Below, piece after piece: positions 19,199 through 29,781 of a stretch of DNA of 41,232 nt. The number at the start of each line of letters is the position of its first letter. Position 1 is the stretch's first letter. The stretch comes from an uncultured archaeon (lineage in GTDB: Archaea; Iainarchaeota; Iainarchaeia; Iainarchaeales; CSSED10-239), in contig CAYXWT010000002.1 of assembly GCA_964468895.1 (NCBI GenBank), forward strand, positions 1 to 41,232, in the 5' to 3' direction. The notes beneath the pieces are model-generated. The model made no database searches. It saw only the letters and a list, made by a program, of their open reading frames with translations, and had not been told where the DNA came from. The translations under genes were made by a program, and so were the position numbers.

Positions 19199-20497
19199 TT
19201 AAATTAATTTAATGTTTTCAAGTATACCAAATGAATATAAACTATCTCCAAAAAACATTTGTTCTTTAGAAAATTGAATATTTTTAAAACTATCTTTACA
19301 ATTACCTGTAAAATTTAAATTAGTAATGGTATTTTCAAATTTTCCATTAATAATTTCTTTACCTTGATTTATAGTTAAAGAAAATTCTCCATTTGTCAGA
19401 TTACTAGTATGAAAACCCATCATACTATATACTAAAATACCTTTTTTAGTTTTTGCAATTAAATTTTCAATTTTATTTTTTCCATTTTCTAAAATTAAAT
19501 TTGTATGCTCAGAACTTATTGATCCATATGCTGAACTTCTAAATCCATTTCCTGAAGATTTTTTATTAGCTAAAGTGGAACCATATACATCATAAATTGC
19601 AGTTTTAAATTTACCTTTGTTTATAATGTTTTTATTAGTGGTTTTATAACCCTCATCATCAACACTTTGAGATCCTAAAAAATAATCAAGATGTGGTTTT
19701 TCAACTAAATTTATATTTTTTGAAAAAACTTCTTTATTTTTAAGATTATATAAGTAACTTTCTTTTTTAAAAATAGTTTCTCCAATAGTTGCAGGAACAA
19801 TTAATTCATCAAATATTTCTTCTATTAACTCTGGAATAAATATTAGTGTGTATTTATCTTTTACACCTTGTTTTGGATTTAGAAGATTATTAGCATTTAT
19901 TTTTGCTTGTGTTATATTATTATTAATATCAATATCTTTTGTTTTTGTAAATATACTTGAAAAGCCACCGCTACTAGGTTTTTTAAATTTTGTATTTATG
20001 TGTGTACCTATATTAACACAAGTATTTTTATTTTCCTTTTCAAAATAAGGGTTGATATAGAAATTGTAGTGATTAACTTTACTTATTGAGCCTTCATAAG
20101 ATTTTATATATTTGTCTTTAGTAAGTTCCTTTTTTGTATCTTCTATTAATTTTTCAAAGCATATATTTTCAATATTTTTATCGAATTTAATTTTAGTTTT
20201 ACTTTTACTAGATCCAAAACTTTTTATTTTTAAATTATTTTTTAATTTAGCTACATTTTTTGCTTTTTTAATACCTGCAAGAATGTTTTCTATATTAAAT
20301 TTATTTAGTGTGTATTCTCCAATTTGCCCATTTATTAAAACTTTTATAAGCAATGCAGAATTTTCTTTATAACTATTTTTACCTATAGAAAACTTTTCAA
20401 TATTACTTTTTTCTAAATTGTTTTCTTGATAATAAAATTCAATATTTTCTTTTTTAGATAATTTTGAACAATAATCTAATAATTCATTTTTATTCAT
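19199..20497 (-). CDS. pmbA: TldD/PmbA-family (peptidase U62) protein, PmbA/TldE-like partner
   Basis: Lies directly downstream of tldD. The start ATG (MNKNELL) overlaps the tldD stop (CATGAATAA). The listed ORF start at 20590 (TTG) is an over-extension into tldD. Confidence 0.65.
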   Translation of the reverse strand: MNKNELLDYCSKLSKKENIEFYYQENNLEKSNIEKFSIGKNSYKENSALLIKVLINGQIGEYTLNKFNIENILAGIKKAKNVAKLKNNLKIKSFGSSKSKTKIKFDKNIENICFEKLIEDTKKELTKDKYIKSYEGSISKVNHYNFYINPYFEKENKNTCVNIGTHINTKFKKPSSGGFSSIFTKTKDIDINNNITQAKINANNLLNPKQGVKDKYTLIFIPELIEEIFDELIVPATIGETIFKKESYLYNLKNKEVFSKNINLVEKPHLDYFLGSQSVDDEGYKTTNKNIINKGKFKTAIYDVYGSTLANKKSSGNGFRSSAYGSISSEHTNLILENGKNKIENLIAKTKKGILVYSMMGFHTSNLTNGEFSLTINQGKEIINGKFENTITNLNFTGNCKDSFKNIQFSKEQMFFGDSLYSFGILENIKLI

Positions 20498-21908
20498 GCT
20501 TAGTTCCACCAATAATTGTATTTTTAATTTTAATATATGGTCCACTACCACTAACAAATGCGCTTTGACCACCTTTACCACAAAACCCAAAGCTAAAATC
20601 TCCTACTTTATTACCTAAAGAATCTATATTTTTCAAATAATTAAGTATATTTCCAGAAATGCTTGCTTGTTTAAATTTAGAAATTATTTTTCCATTTTTC
20701 ATTTTATAAGCATTTTTTATACCAAACATAAATGTACCTACTGAAGGATCTACTTGACCTCCAGCAAAGCCATCTAATAAAAAGCCATCAAAATTATTTA
20801 AAAGATCTTTATATTTATCTTTGCCTTCTTTAAAATAAGTATTACTCATTCTAACTATTGGAATTTTACTATAACTTTCACTTCTTGCAGCACCGTTAGA
20901 TTTCAAATTTAATTCACTAGCAGATTCAATATCCATTAAATATTCATTAACAATTCCGTTTTTGATAATAGTTCTAGGTTTTGCAAGTATTCCTTCATCA
21001 TCATATTTATAATATCCAAATTCTTTTTTAGTTGGATCATCAATAATGGTAATGTTTTTATTACAAATAACTTGTCCTAATTTTAATATTGATGAATTAT
21101 TTATAACTGCATCAGCTTCAGCAGCATGACCTATTGCTTCATGTGCTAATAAATCACTTAATTCTGGAGTTATAATTATATCAGATTTTGTTGCAGGACA
21201 TGGTTTAGAATTTAATAATTCTATGATTTTATTATTATTATCTATTAATATTTTTTCTTTTTGTTTAAAACTTATTTTTTCTAAACCTCCAAGATGTCCT
21301 ATTCTATGTACACTTTGTTCTATAATATCATCTTTTTTAGAAACTAATGAAGAGTACATTATTATATGTGGGTCTTCTTGATAAATGTAAGAATATGGAT
21401 TTACAAAATATTTTTTTCTTAAAATTTCCATATAAGTTAAATTAGAATTTAATATTTCATAAAATTTATCTTTCTTTTGCTTTTTAATAAAATTTGCATT
21501 TATTTTTTGTAATTCTTTAGTTTTATTACTAATATTAATATCTTTAAAATTTGTATATTTAATTTTACATTTAGCTTTAGTAGTTGAAAATTCATTTAGT
21601 TTTGTTTTTTTATTAGTTTTAAGAGTATTACTAATGCACTTATCAATAATAAATTTATAATTATCTATATTATTAGTACTACAAAACCCTAATTTTTGAT
21701 TTTTGTAAACTCTAATACCTATTCCAGAGGTATTATTTTCTTTAATATTTTTAATATCTTTATTTTGTATGCTTATAGAATTTGTATAATTATCTTCATA
21801 TCTAATATCATAATAATCTAAATTTTTAGATTCTAAATATGATTTGATATTGTCTATTTTGTTTAGGAATTCATTTTTATTTTTAGAAGTTGTTTTTATT
21901 TTGTTCAT
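20490..21908 (-). CDS. tldD: TldD metalloprotease (peptidase U62)
   Basis: HEAIGHAAEAD zinc-binding motif. Gly-rich C-terminus GGQVDP...GFCGKGGQ. 472 aa. Confidence 0.8.
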   Translation of the reverse strand: MNKIKTTSKNKNEFLNKIDNIKSYLESKNLDYYDIRYEDNYTNSISIQNKDIKNIKENNTSGIGIRVYKNQKLGFCSTNNIDNYKFIIDKCISNTLKTNKKTKLNEFSTTKAKCKIKYTNFKDINISNKTKELQKINANFIKKQKKDKFYEILNSNLTYMEILRKKYFVNPYSYIYQEDPHIIMYSSLVSKKDDIIEQSVHRIGHLGGLEKISFKQKEKILIDNNNKIIELLNSKPCPATKSDIIITPELSDLLAHEAIGHAAEADAVINNSSILKLGQVICNKNITIIDDPTKKEFGYYKYDDEGILAKPRTIIKNGIVNEYLMDIESASELNLKSNGAARSESYSKIPIVRMSNTYFKEGKDKYKDLLNNFDGFLLDGFAGGQVDPSVGTFMFGIKNAYKMKNGKIISKFKQASISGNILNYLKNIDSLGNKVGDFSFGFCGKGGQSAFVSGSGPYIKIKNTIIGGTKHE

Positions 21909-22080
21909 AATATTATAATTTTAAGTAAAAACATTTAAATAATATTACTTTAGTGTTTTTAATTTTCAAAACAATATGTTTTTATTAATATTTCATATAA
22001 ATTATATACTTTTTGATAATCTAAGAATAATAATCTAATATTTAGATGATAATTAATTAAATTAAAAGAGGTGTTAAACT

Positions 22081-22863
22081 ATGGTGATTGTTTGGTTGAT
22101 AGTAATTGTGTTTTTACTGTTAATTAGTTTAAGAGTAGTAAAAGAGTATGAAAGAGGAATTAAATTTGTTTTTGGTAGATTTGATTCAGTTATGAGTCCT
22201 GGATTAAATTTAGTAATACCTATTTTTCATACTTATCAAATAGTAGATATAAGAACTAAAGCTGTTGATGTACCTGATCAAGAGGCAATAACTAAAGATA
22301 ATATTGCAGCAGGAATTAATGCTGTTATTTACTATAAAATTTCAGATGCAAAAAAAGCTATTATAGAAGTTCAAAACTATTATTATGCTGTAAGTCAATT
22401 AGCTCAAACAACTATGAGAAATATAGTTGGAGAAGTTGAATTAGATGAACTTTTAAGTAATAGAGATGGTATTGCTGCAAAAATTAGAGATATAATAGAT
22501 AAAGCTACAGATCCTTGGGGTATTAAAGTTGAAGGTGTTGAATTAAAAGATGTTGTTTTACCTCCAGATATGAAAAGAGTTATAGCTAAACAAGCTGAAG
22601 CTGAAAGAGAAAAAAGAGCTGTAATAATAAAAGCTCAAGGAGAAGTTATTGCTTCAACTAATTTAGCAAAAGCTGCACATACTTTAGCAACTTCTGCAGG
22701 TGCTCTTCATTTAAGAACACTTCAGACATTAAATGATCTCTCTTCAGATCAAAGCAATACAGTTATATTTGCAATACCTCTTGAACTGTTAAGAGCTTTT
22801 GAAAGAGTTGGTTTAGATAGGAATGTAATTAATAAAATTACAACTTTAAAAAAGAAAAAATAA
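22081..22863 (+). CDS. SPFH/band-7 (stomatin/prohibitin-like) membrane protein
   Basis: N-terminal TM helix, then VKEYERGIKFVFGRFDSVMSPGLNLVIPIF (SPFH core), and a C-terminal coiled-coil AKQAEAEREKRAVIIKAQGE. Confidence 0.8.
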   Translation: MVIVWLIVIVFLLLISLRVVKEYERGIKFVFGRFDSVMSPGLNLVIPIFHTYQIVDIRTKAVDVPDQEAITKDNIAAGINAVIYYKISDAKKAIIEVQNYYYAVSQLAQTTMRNIVGEVELDELLSNRDGIAAKIRDIIDKATDPWGIKVEGVELKDVVLPPDMKRVIAKQAEAEREKRAVIIKAQGEVIASTNLAKAAHTLATSAGALHLRTLQTLNDLSSDQSNTVIFAIPLELLRAFERVGLDRNVINKITTLKKKK

Positions 22864-22916
22864 TCTTTTTTTCTTTTTTCTTTTTTTTTAAATTATAATG
22901 ATATTTTTGATTTTAT

Positions 22917-23426
22917 ATGCAAGATGGTCTAAAAAACACAAAACAGAAAAAAATAGATGATTTTAATAAAACCTTATTAAGTAAGAAAAAAGAGGATTTT
23001 TTTCATAAAATTTACTATTTCATTATAAGTTTTCCTAATTTATATAAATATAAAAATGTAATTAAGTATTTAAGTATAGGTTTGTTTGGAACTGTAGTTG
23101 ATTACATTGTCTTATTATTTTTAACAGAAATAATTGGTGTTTTTTATTTAATTTCAGCATCTATATCTTATTGCCTAGGAATTATAAGTAATTTTTTATT
23201 AAACAAAAAATTTACTTTCAAGTTTGAAAATAATAAATTTAATTATGTGATGAGAGCTTTTTTATCTTATTTTTTAGTTTCTATTTTTAGTTTAATTATC
23301 ACTTTATTATTTATGAGTTTTTTTGTAGAAGTTGTTCATATAAATTATATAATTGCAAAAATCACAATTTCTTTAGTAATGATATTTTATAGATATTTTG
23401 CACATTCTAGATGCTTCAAAAAATAA
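22917..23426 (+). CDS. GtrA-family small polytopic membrane protein (glycan biosynthesis-associated)
   Basis: KYLSIGLFGTVVDYIVLLFL ... ISYCLGIISNFLLNKKFTF resembles the GtrA family (4 TM helices). Confidence 0.55.
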   Translation: MQDGLKNTKQKKIDDFNKTLLSKKKEDFFHKIYYFIISFPNLYKYKNVIKYLSIGLFGTVVDYIVLLFLTEIIGVFYLISASISYCLGIISNFLLNKKFTFKFENNKFNYVMRAFLSYFLVSIFSLIITLLFMSFFVEVVHINYIIAKITISLVMIFYRYFAHSRCFKK

Positions 23427-23502
23427 ATCTTCGCATTTAGTTATATTTTTATATTCTTTCTATCTTTATTCTATATTATATTTTAGAAAATTAAAATAAA
23501 AA

Positions 23503-24873
23503 ATGGGATTAATTATGAACTTAACTAAAGATAATGTTGGACAATTAGTTGAAATTATTAAATTAAAAGATAATAAAGAAATTAAATATGAAGGTTATAT
23601 TATTAAAATTTCTGAAAGTTCAGTTGATTTAAAATTATTAGATAATTCTTATAATATTTCTGTAAATATAAATGAAAATACTAAAATTTCTTTAAAAGAT
23701 GAAAAAATAGAAATTGGTAAACCACCATTTTCGAAAATTATAAATAATAAAGATTTACCAAATATAACTTATATTGGAACTGGTGGAACTATTGGAACCC
23801 ATATAGATTACAAAACTGGTGGAGTTTCAATGACTAGAAAACCAGAAGAAATAGTTGTAACTACTCCTGAATTATTAAAAATTGTAAATTTAAAAAAAGT
23901 AAGCTCTCCAGTTATGAGAGGTAGTGAAGATTTAACTTATATTGATTGGCAAAAAATATCTGCAGAAGTTTATGATTCACTAATAGATGATGATATAAAT
24001 GGAATTATTATTAGTCATGGAACAGATACACTTTGTTGGACTGGAAGTGCAATTTCTTTTATGATTGAAAACATAAATAAACCTGTTCTTTTAGTAGGTG
24101 CTCAGAGATCTCCTGATAGAGCTAGTTTTGATGGATCTATGAATTTAATATGTGCTGCATATTTTATTAAAGAGAAAGTTCCTGGAGTATATTTAGTTAT
24201 GCATGCAAGTATAAATGATGATTTTTGTTATGTTACTAGAGCAGTAAAATCTAAAAAATTACATACTTCTAGAAGAGATGCTTTTAAATCAGTAAATGAT
24301 TTACCAATTGCTAAAGTTTATTTAGATGGTAAAATTGAATATTTACAAAATAAAAAAGATGTTTATGATTATTATAAAAATAATTTAAAACCAGTTTTAA
24401 ATAATGATTTTGAAGAAAAAACAGGTGTTCTTCAAATTTGTCCAAACTCAAATCCAAAAATAATGGATTGGTATATTCAAGAAGGCTATAAAGGTCTTAT
24501 TTTAGAAGGAACTGCTTTAGGTCATATTCCTACGGGTTCAGGTGGAGAAGATAAAACTTTTCCTAATCAATTGAACTGGTTACCATATTTAGAAAAAGCA
24601 AATAAAAAAGGAATAATATTAATTATGACTAGTCAATCTTTATTTGGAAGAGTTAATAATAAAGTTTATTCCAATTTAAGATCAATTTCTAAAAGTGGTG
24701 TAGAATATTTAGAACAACATGATATGTTATATTCAGTAGCTTATATTAAGTTAGCAATAGCTCTTAAAAAGTTTAAAACTAAAGAAGAAGTTATTAATTT
24801 TATGAAAACAAATATTTGTGGAGAAATAAGCTCTAAAGAGATATCTAATAGTTTTGAAAACTCTTTAAAATAA
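23503..24873 (+). CDS. gatD: Glu-tRNA(Gln) amidotransferase subunit D (archaeal GatD, asparaginase-like)
   Basis: Asparaginase-fold motifs YIGTGGTIG and IISHGTDTL. Length 456 aa with an N-terminal extra domain. Followed by gatE. Confidence 0.8.
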   Translation: MGLIMNLTKDNVGQLVEIIKLKDNKEIKYEGYIIKISESSVDLKLLDNSYNISVNINENTKISLKDEKIEIGKPPFSKIINNKDLPNITYIGTGGTIGTHIDYKTGGVSMTRKPEEIVVTTPELLKIVNLKKVSSPVMRGSEDLTYIDWQKISAEVYDSLIDDDINGIIISHGTDTLCWTGSAISFMIENINKPVLLVGAQRSPDRASFDGSMNLICAAYFIKEKVPGVYLVMHASINDDFCYVTRAVKSKKLHTSRRDAFKSVNDLPIAKVYLDGKIEYLQNKKDVYDYYKNNLKPVLNNDFEEKTGVLQICPNSNPKIMDWYIQEGYKGLILEGTALGHIPTGSGGEDKTFPNQLNWLPYLEKANKKGIILIMTSQSLFGRVNNKVYSNLRSISKSGVEYLEQHDMLYSVAYIKLAIALKKFKTKEEVINFMKTNICGEISSKEISNSFENSLK

Positions 24874-24889
24874 TTTGGAGGTGTTTTAA

Positions 24890-25543
24890 TTGAATTATTC
24901 TAGAATTGATTCTTTAAAAGAAAATCCAATATTAAAAAAATATTTTATAAAACCTAAATTTATAGATTCTAAAAATCTAAATATTTATGTTGAGCTTTTA
25001 AAGAAGGGTTATTTTGATGTTTTTATTAAAAAATTTAATTTATTTTTAAAAAAACATACATTTGGTACTAACCAAATTAAGTTTTTATTTATTTATTTGG
25101 AGTATTTACTAGAAAAGGAAGATATATTTAATAAAAAAATTATAGCCAAAATATGTGTATATTTTTTTAGTATGAGTAGATGTATTTATTTAGGAGTATA
25201 TAATAAAGAAATAATTAATTATATTAAACAAAATAGTAATATATTAAGTAAACATAAATCATTGAACATTAGATTTTGGGATAAAGACTATTACAAATTA
25301 ATTGAGTTAGAAGATAAAATTACCACTATAAATAAAAATACGGGATTTTATATTAAAGAACATTTTAAAATATTAAATAAGAAGTTTAAGAAAAAAGAAT
25401 TTACAAAGAAGATTTATTTAAAAACAGTAGATGATCTTAGAAATAGTGTTAAAATAAGTATAGATGATTATTTGGCAGAAAAAAATAATTGTTTAATAGT
25501 TTCTATAAATAAAGCTCTTTCTAAATATGATAATAATAAATAG
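24890..25543 (+). CDS. hypothetical protein (217 aa) inserted between gatD and gatE; TTG start with strong GGAGGTG RBS
   Basis: Clean ORF. No motifs recognised. Confidence 0.4.
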   Translation: MNYSRIDSLKENPILKKYFIKPKFIDSKNLNIYVELLKKGYFDVFIKKFNLFLKKHTFGTNQIKFLFIYLEYLLEKEDIFNKKIIAKICVYFFSMSRCIYLGVYNKEIINYIKQNSNILSKHKSLNIRFWDKDYYKLIELEDKITTINKNTGFYIKEHFKILNKKFKKKEFTKKIYLKTVDDLRNSVKISIDDYLAEKNNCLIVSINKALSKYDNNK

Positions 25544-25567
25544 AATTGGTTGAACTTGTGAATAATT

Positions 25568-27496
25568 ATGAAACAAATAAAAATAACAGATGATTTAGAT
25601 TATAAAGAATTAGGATTTGCTTGTGGATTAGAATTACATCAACAATTAGATACACATAAATTGTTTTGTAATTGTCCTTCAATAATAATTACTGATAATT
25701 CTAAACCAGATAAAATTATTACTAGAAAATTAAGAGCAGTTAATTCTGAAAGTGGAGAGGTTGATTTAACTGCATTTTATGAACAACAAAAAAATATAAA
25801 TTATATTTATAAGGTTTATAATTCTTGTAATTGTTTAGTAGAAACAGATTCACAACCTCCTTTTCCTATAAATAAAGAAGCTCTTGAAATTGCTGTGATT
25901 GTATCTAAACTAACACATTCGACATTAGTAGATAAATCTTTTGTTATGAGAAAACAGGTTATAGATGGTAGCAATGTTAGTGGATTTCAAAGAACAGCAA
26001 TGATTTCTACAGATGGTTATTTAAATTTTGATTTTGGAAATGTTAGAATTAACAAGCTACTTCTTGAAGAAGATTCTGCTAGACCAATAGAACGAAATGA
26101 AAAAGAAGCTATTTTTTCTTTAGATCGTTTAGGAGTTCCATTAATTGAGCTTGTTGTTTGGCATGATATACATACACCTGAAGATGTTCAAAAAGTAGCA
26201 TTAAAATGTGGGCAAATATTTAGACTAACTAGTAGAGTAAAAAGAGGTCTTGGAACAATTAGGCAAGACATTAATATTTCTATTAATAATGGTGCCAGAG
26301 TAGAAATAAAAGGTACTCAAAATTTAGATTTAATCCCAGAAATAGTAAAGCGAGAAATTATTAGGCAATTAAATTTAATAGAAGTTAAAGCTGAACTTAA
26401 AAGAAGAAATATTTCTAAATTTAATATTAATTCTAAATTAATTTCAGAGATATTTTCTAAATCTGAAAGTAAAATTATAAATTCTGCTTTTAAAAATAAA
26501 AAAGAGGTTTTTATTTTTAAACTAGAAAATATGAAAGGAATATTAGGTTTTGAAATTCAGCCTGATAAAAGAGTTGGGAGTGAAATATCTTCTTATCTTA
26601 AAAAAAGATCTAAACTTAATGGTTTATTTCATTATGATGAATTACCTAATTACGGGATTACTGAAGATGATCTTTTAATTATAAAAAACAAACTAAATCT
26701 TCAAGAAAATGATTCTTTTATAATTACAATTTGTTCTAATTCTGAAATTGAATTAGTAAAACAAATTATTGAAGATAGATTAAACAAATTAACTAATGGT
26801 GTTTTAGAAGAAACTAGAATTATAACTCCTGAAGGTAGCACGATATTTCAAAGAGTTCTTTCCGGTGGTGCTAGAATGTATCCAGAAACTGATTTAAATG
26901 ATATCACTTTTGATAAAGAATTATTAAGTAGTGCTTGTAGTAATTTGCCTTTAAATATTAAAGAAAGAAGAGAATTATATTTAAATAAATTTCATTTAAA
27001 TAAACAATTAGTAGATAAAATGGTTCTTAGTAATTATGCTTTGGTTTTTAAAAATATTATTTATAATTTAGATGTTGATGCAACTAGAGTAGCAGTATTT
27101 TTATTAGAAGATTTAACTAAGCTTTCTAGAGATCATTTAATTAATGAATATAATTTAGATAAAAAACGTATTTATGAGTTTTTTAGTTATAAAGATTTTA
27201 ATAAAATTCCAAGCTCTAAATTACTAGATGTTTTTGTAAATTTTATTAAAAATGAAACTTCAGTTTATAAAACTATTAAAGATTTAAAAATCTTTGAAGA
27301 ATTGGACTCTATTAAACCTTTAGATATAATACAAGAAATAATCCTTGAAAATAAAAATAAAATTATTCAACTAAGAGAAAGATCTAGAAGCTTGCTTATG
27401 GGTGCTTTTATGGCTAAAACAAAAGGGTTAATTGATGGTAAAAAAGCTGCTCAAATCATATCTTTTGAGCTAGATAAGTTTCTAAAAACATTATAA
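25568..27496 (+). CDS. gatE: Glu-tRNA(Gln) amidotransferase subunit E (archaeal GatE)
   Basis: N-terminus GFACGLELHQQLDTHKLFCNCPS is the GatB/GatE signature. 642 aa with the GatE-specific insertion and a C-terminal YqeY/GatB-like tail. Confidence 0.85.
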   Translation: MKQIKITDDLDYKELGFACGLELHQQLDTHKLFCNCPSIIITDNSKPDKIITRKLRAVNSESGEVDLTAFYEQQKNINYIYKVYNSCNCLVETDSQPPFPINKEALEIAVIVSKLTHSTLVDKSFVMRKQVIDGSNVSGFQRTAMISTDGYLNFDFGNVRINKLLLEEDSARPIERNEKEAIFSLDRLGVPLIELVVWHDIHTPEDVQKVALKCGQIFRLTSRVKRGLGTIRQDINISINNGARVEIKGTQNLDLIPEIVKREIIRQLNLIEVKAELKRRNISKFNINSKLISEIFSKSESKIINSAFKNKKEVFIFKLENMKGILGFEIQPDKRVGSEISSYLKKRSKLNGLFHYDELPNYGITEDDLLIIKNKLNLQENDSFIITICSNSEIELVKQIIEDRLNKLTNGVLEETRIITPEGSTIFQRVLSGGARMYPETDLNDITFDKELLSSACSNLPLNIKERRELYLNKFHLNKQLVDKMVLSNYALVFKNIIYNLDVDATRVAVFLLEDLTKLSRDHLINEYNLDKKRIYEFFSYKDFNKIPSSKLLDVFVNFIKNETSVYKTIKDLKIFEELDSIKPLDIIQEIILENKNKIIQLRERSRSLLMGAFMAKTKGLIDGKKAAQIISFELDKFLKTL

Positions 27497-27517
27497 TTAA
27501 TTTTAATTTAAAAACAT

Positions 27518-28339
27518 ATGTTTTTAAATATTTTAACTAATATATTTTTGATTAACATGGTGAATAAACTTAAAAATTCAAAGAAAAAGATTTCTAAGAA
27601 ATCAAAATTAGATAAATCTAAAAAGCCTAAATATAAAAGTCCTAACAAATCTTTATCTAAGACCAAAAAAGTGGCTCTAATTAAAACTAAAAAAAGGTTA
27701 CAATCTAAAAAAGTTTCTAGAAAGCCTAAATTAAATAAAACTATTAAGAAAAAGTTTCCTGATCATAATAATCCTACTGAAGTTAAAAAGTACTTAGAAA
27801 GAACTTCATCAGACCATCATCTTAAAAGATGTAATTCAAATTGTTTTTTAAAATCTATTTTTTCTAAAACTGGATTTTACAAATTTGCATGGTTTCCATT
27901 TGTAATATTATTTTTTGTTTTAATAATGAATTTTGTGTTTGAATTTATTTTATATACAAATGTTGCTTTAATGCAAATACAAATTGCAAAAAATGCATTG
28001 TTATTTTCAGTATTAATTTCTACTTTGTTTATAGTTAATCTTGCTTGTTATTTTTATATGGGTTCTACTGGTTCAGCAAAGAATTTTAGATTTAAAAGAA
28101 TTTTACCTATAGTTTTAAAATTAATTTTAACTTTGTTTTTTATTGAAGTTGTGTTAGCTTTAATATCTTATTTTACATTTATACAGCCATATTTATTATT
28201 GGTCTTTAAAGATTCGGTATTGAAACAATCTTATATTTTGTATTCTGTATTTGTTGTGTTAGTAAAATCTATATTTTACTTATTAACTTTTTGTATGTCA
28301 TATATATTATATAGTCTTACAAAATTCAGGAAATTATAA
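27518..28339 (+). CDS. hypothetical protein with Lys-rich (KSPKK-like) N-terminal region and C-terminal TM helices
   Basis: KKKISKKSKLDKSKKPKYKSPNKSLSKTKK low-complexity basic region. About 4 hydrophobic helices at the C-terminus. Confidence 0.4.
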   Translation: MFLNILTNIFLINMVNKLKNSKKKISKKSKLDKSKKPKYKSPNKSLSKTKKVALIKTKKRLQSKKVSRKPKLNKTIKKKFPDHNNPTEVKKYLERTSSDHHLKRCNSNCFLKSIFSKTGFYKFAWFPFVILFFVLIMNFVFEFILYTNVALMQIQIAKNALLFSVLISTLFIVNLACYFYMGSTGSAKNFRFKRILPIVLKLILTLFFIEVVLALISYFTFIQPYLLLVFKDSVLKQSYILYSVFVVLVKSIFYLLTFCMSYILYSLTKFRKL

Positions 28340-28358
28340 AATTAATTTGGTAGATTTT

Positions 28359-28877
28359 ATGGATAATAAAATATATTATGCACCTTGGAGAAAAGAATGT
28401 ATTAATGATTCTTCTCAAAAGGAAAGTTGTGATTCTAAAACTTGTGTTTTTTGTAATATAAAAAAAAGAGATTCTAAATTATTATTATTGGATACAAAAC
28501 ATTCTTTTATTCAAGCTAATAAATTTCCTTATGGTGGAGGTCACTTATTAGTAATTCCAAAAAGGCATATTAATACAATTACTGATTTAACTAGTGAAGA
28601 AAGAAAAGATATATTTAATTTATTAGATTTAGCAACCTATGTTTTAGACTTATATTTCAAACCAGAAGGTTATAATATTGGTTGTTCTGTAGGTCAGGTT
28701 GCCGGAGAAAGCATACATCATTTACATTTCCATGTACTACCTAGATTTCTAGGAGATGTAGGTTGGAATAGGCTATGTAATTTTAACGTAATATCTCTTT
28801 CTCCAGAAGAATTAATTAAAAACCTAAAAAAGTTAGTACGAACTAAAAAACTTAAGAAAAAATTTGATATTTTATAA
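28359..28877 (+). CDS. HIT-family nucleotide hydrolase/transferase
   Basis: GGGHLLVIPKRHI and the histidine triad HHLHFHVLPR. N-terminal Cys cluster (C..C....CVFC). ATG at 28359; the listed ORF starts at an upstream TTG. Confidence 0.7.
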   Translation: MDNKIYYAPWRKECINDSSQKESCDSKTCVFCNIKKRDSKLLLLDTKHSFIQANKFPYGGGHLLVIPKRHINTITDLTSEERKDIFNLLDLATYVLDLYFKPEGYNIGCSVGQVAGESIHHLHFHVLPRFLGDVGWNRLCNFNVISLSPEELIKNLKKLVRTKKLKKKFDIL

Positions 28878-28977
28878 AATTTTGATTAATAAAGTTTTTA
28901 AGTAAAATTAGAAACTATTTTAAATATAATTCAACAAATATATATAATGTAAATATGTTTTTTATGGGGATGAATTT

Positions 28978-29478
28978 ATGAAATCTATTTTTAGTAGAGC
29001 TTTTAAGAAAAAGACAGATGATTTTGAAATTGAAATTGATGAACAAATTATAAAAGAAAGCAAGATTCAAAAAAAAAGAGTAATTAAAGAATATAGGGAT
29101 TATAAGGATAAGGATTTTGAATGGTTAATAAATCACTTACATAAAATAGATGATGTTGTTAATAAAAATTCATTTGGAAATAGAAATAAATCTTCTTTTA
29201 TTCTTGATGGTCATAAATTTTATAAAAATGATGAAACTAGAGAATTATTTAATAAAATGTATGATAATTATACTGCCTATTTTTATGCACTAAAAAGATA
29301 CATTTTAGTTAGAAAAGAATCAACTAAATATGATGATCTTGGAGAGGATGCTTATCTAGCTGCTGGTCAAATTAAAGAATTAGATAGAGAAGCAGGAGAT
29401 ATAGAAAAAAAATTAAATTTATATCTTGATAATATTAATAAAATAAAAACTATAATTAGAGAGTGTGTGGGATTATAA
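28978..29478 (+). CDS. hypothetical protein (166 aa)
   Basis: Clean ORF. No motifs recognised. Confidence 0.4.
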   Translation: MKSIFSRAFKKKTDDFEIEIDEQIIKESKIQKKRVIKEYRDYKDKDFEWLINHLHKIDDVVNKNSFGNRNKSSFILDGHKFYKNDETRELFNKMYDNYTAYFYALKRYILVRKESTKYDDLGEDAYLAAGQIKELDREAGDIEKKLNLYLDNINKIKTIIRECVGL

Positions 29479-29532
29479 TTTTCCAACACACTTAAATCTT
29501 TTTCTTTGTAAATTTTAATTATTTAATTAGTT

Positions 29533-29754
29533 TTACATCATTCCTTTTGCCATTCCTTTTGCTGTTCTTAAACATTTTTTATGCCAGTATTGTCCACCCC
29601 ATTTTTTATCACAACCAGGCTGGTTACATAATGCACATGTTTCAGTAGGATATTTAGCTTTTGAAAGATCAATTTGTTGTACTTTGATTTCTTTCTTTTT
29701 TTCATCTTTGTTTTCTTTTTTTTTACCAAACCATTTTTCAAATACCATTGTCAT
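29533..29754 (-). CDS. small hypothetical basic protein with a Cys/His cluster (possible zinc ribbon)
   Basis: CALCNQPGCDKKWGGQYWHKKC. Start trimmed to an internal Met so that it does not overlap the tRNA gene. Confidence 0.3.
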   Translation of the reverse strand: MTMVFEKWFGKKKENKDEKKKEIKVQQIDLSKAKYPTETCALCNQPGCDKKWGGQYWHKKCLRTAKGMAKGMM

Positions 29755-29781
29755 AATCACCTTTTTAAAATATTTTGTAAA

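Noticed and set aside
19848-20372. Plus-strand ORFs 19848–20048 and 20112–20372
   Set aside because: They are antisense to the pmbA-like gene.
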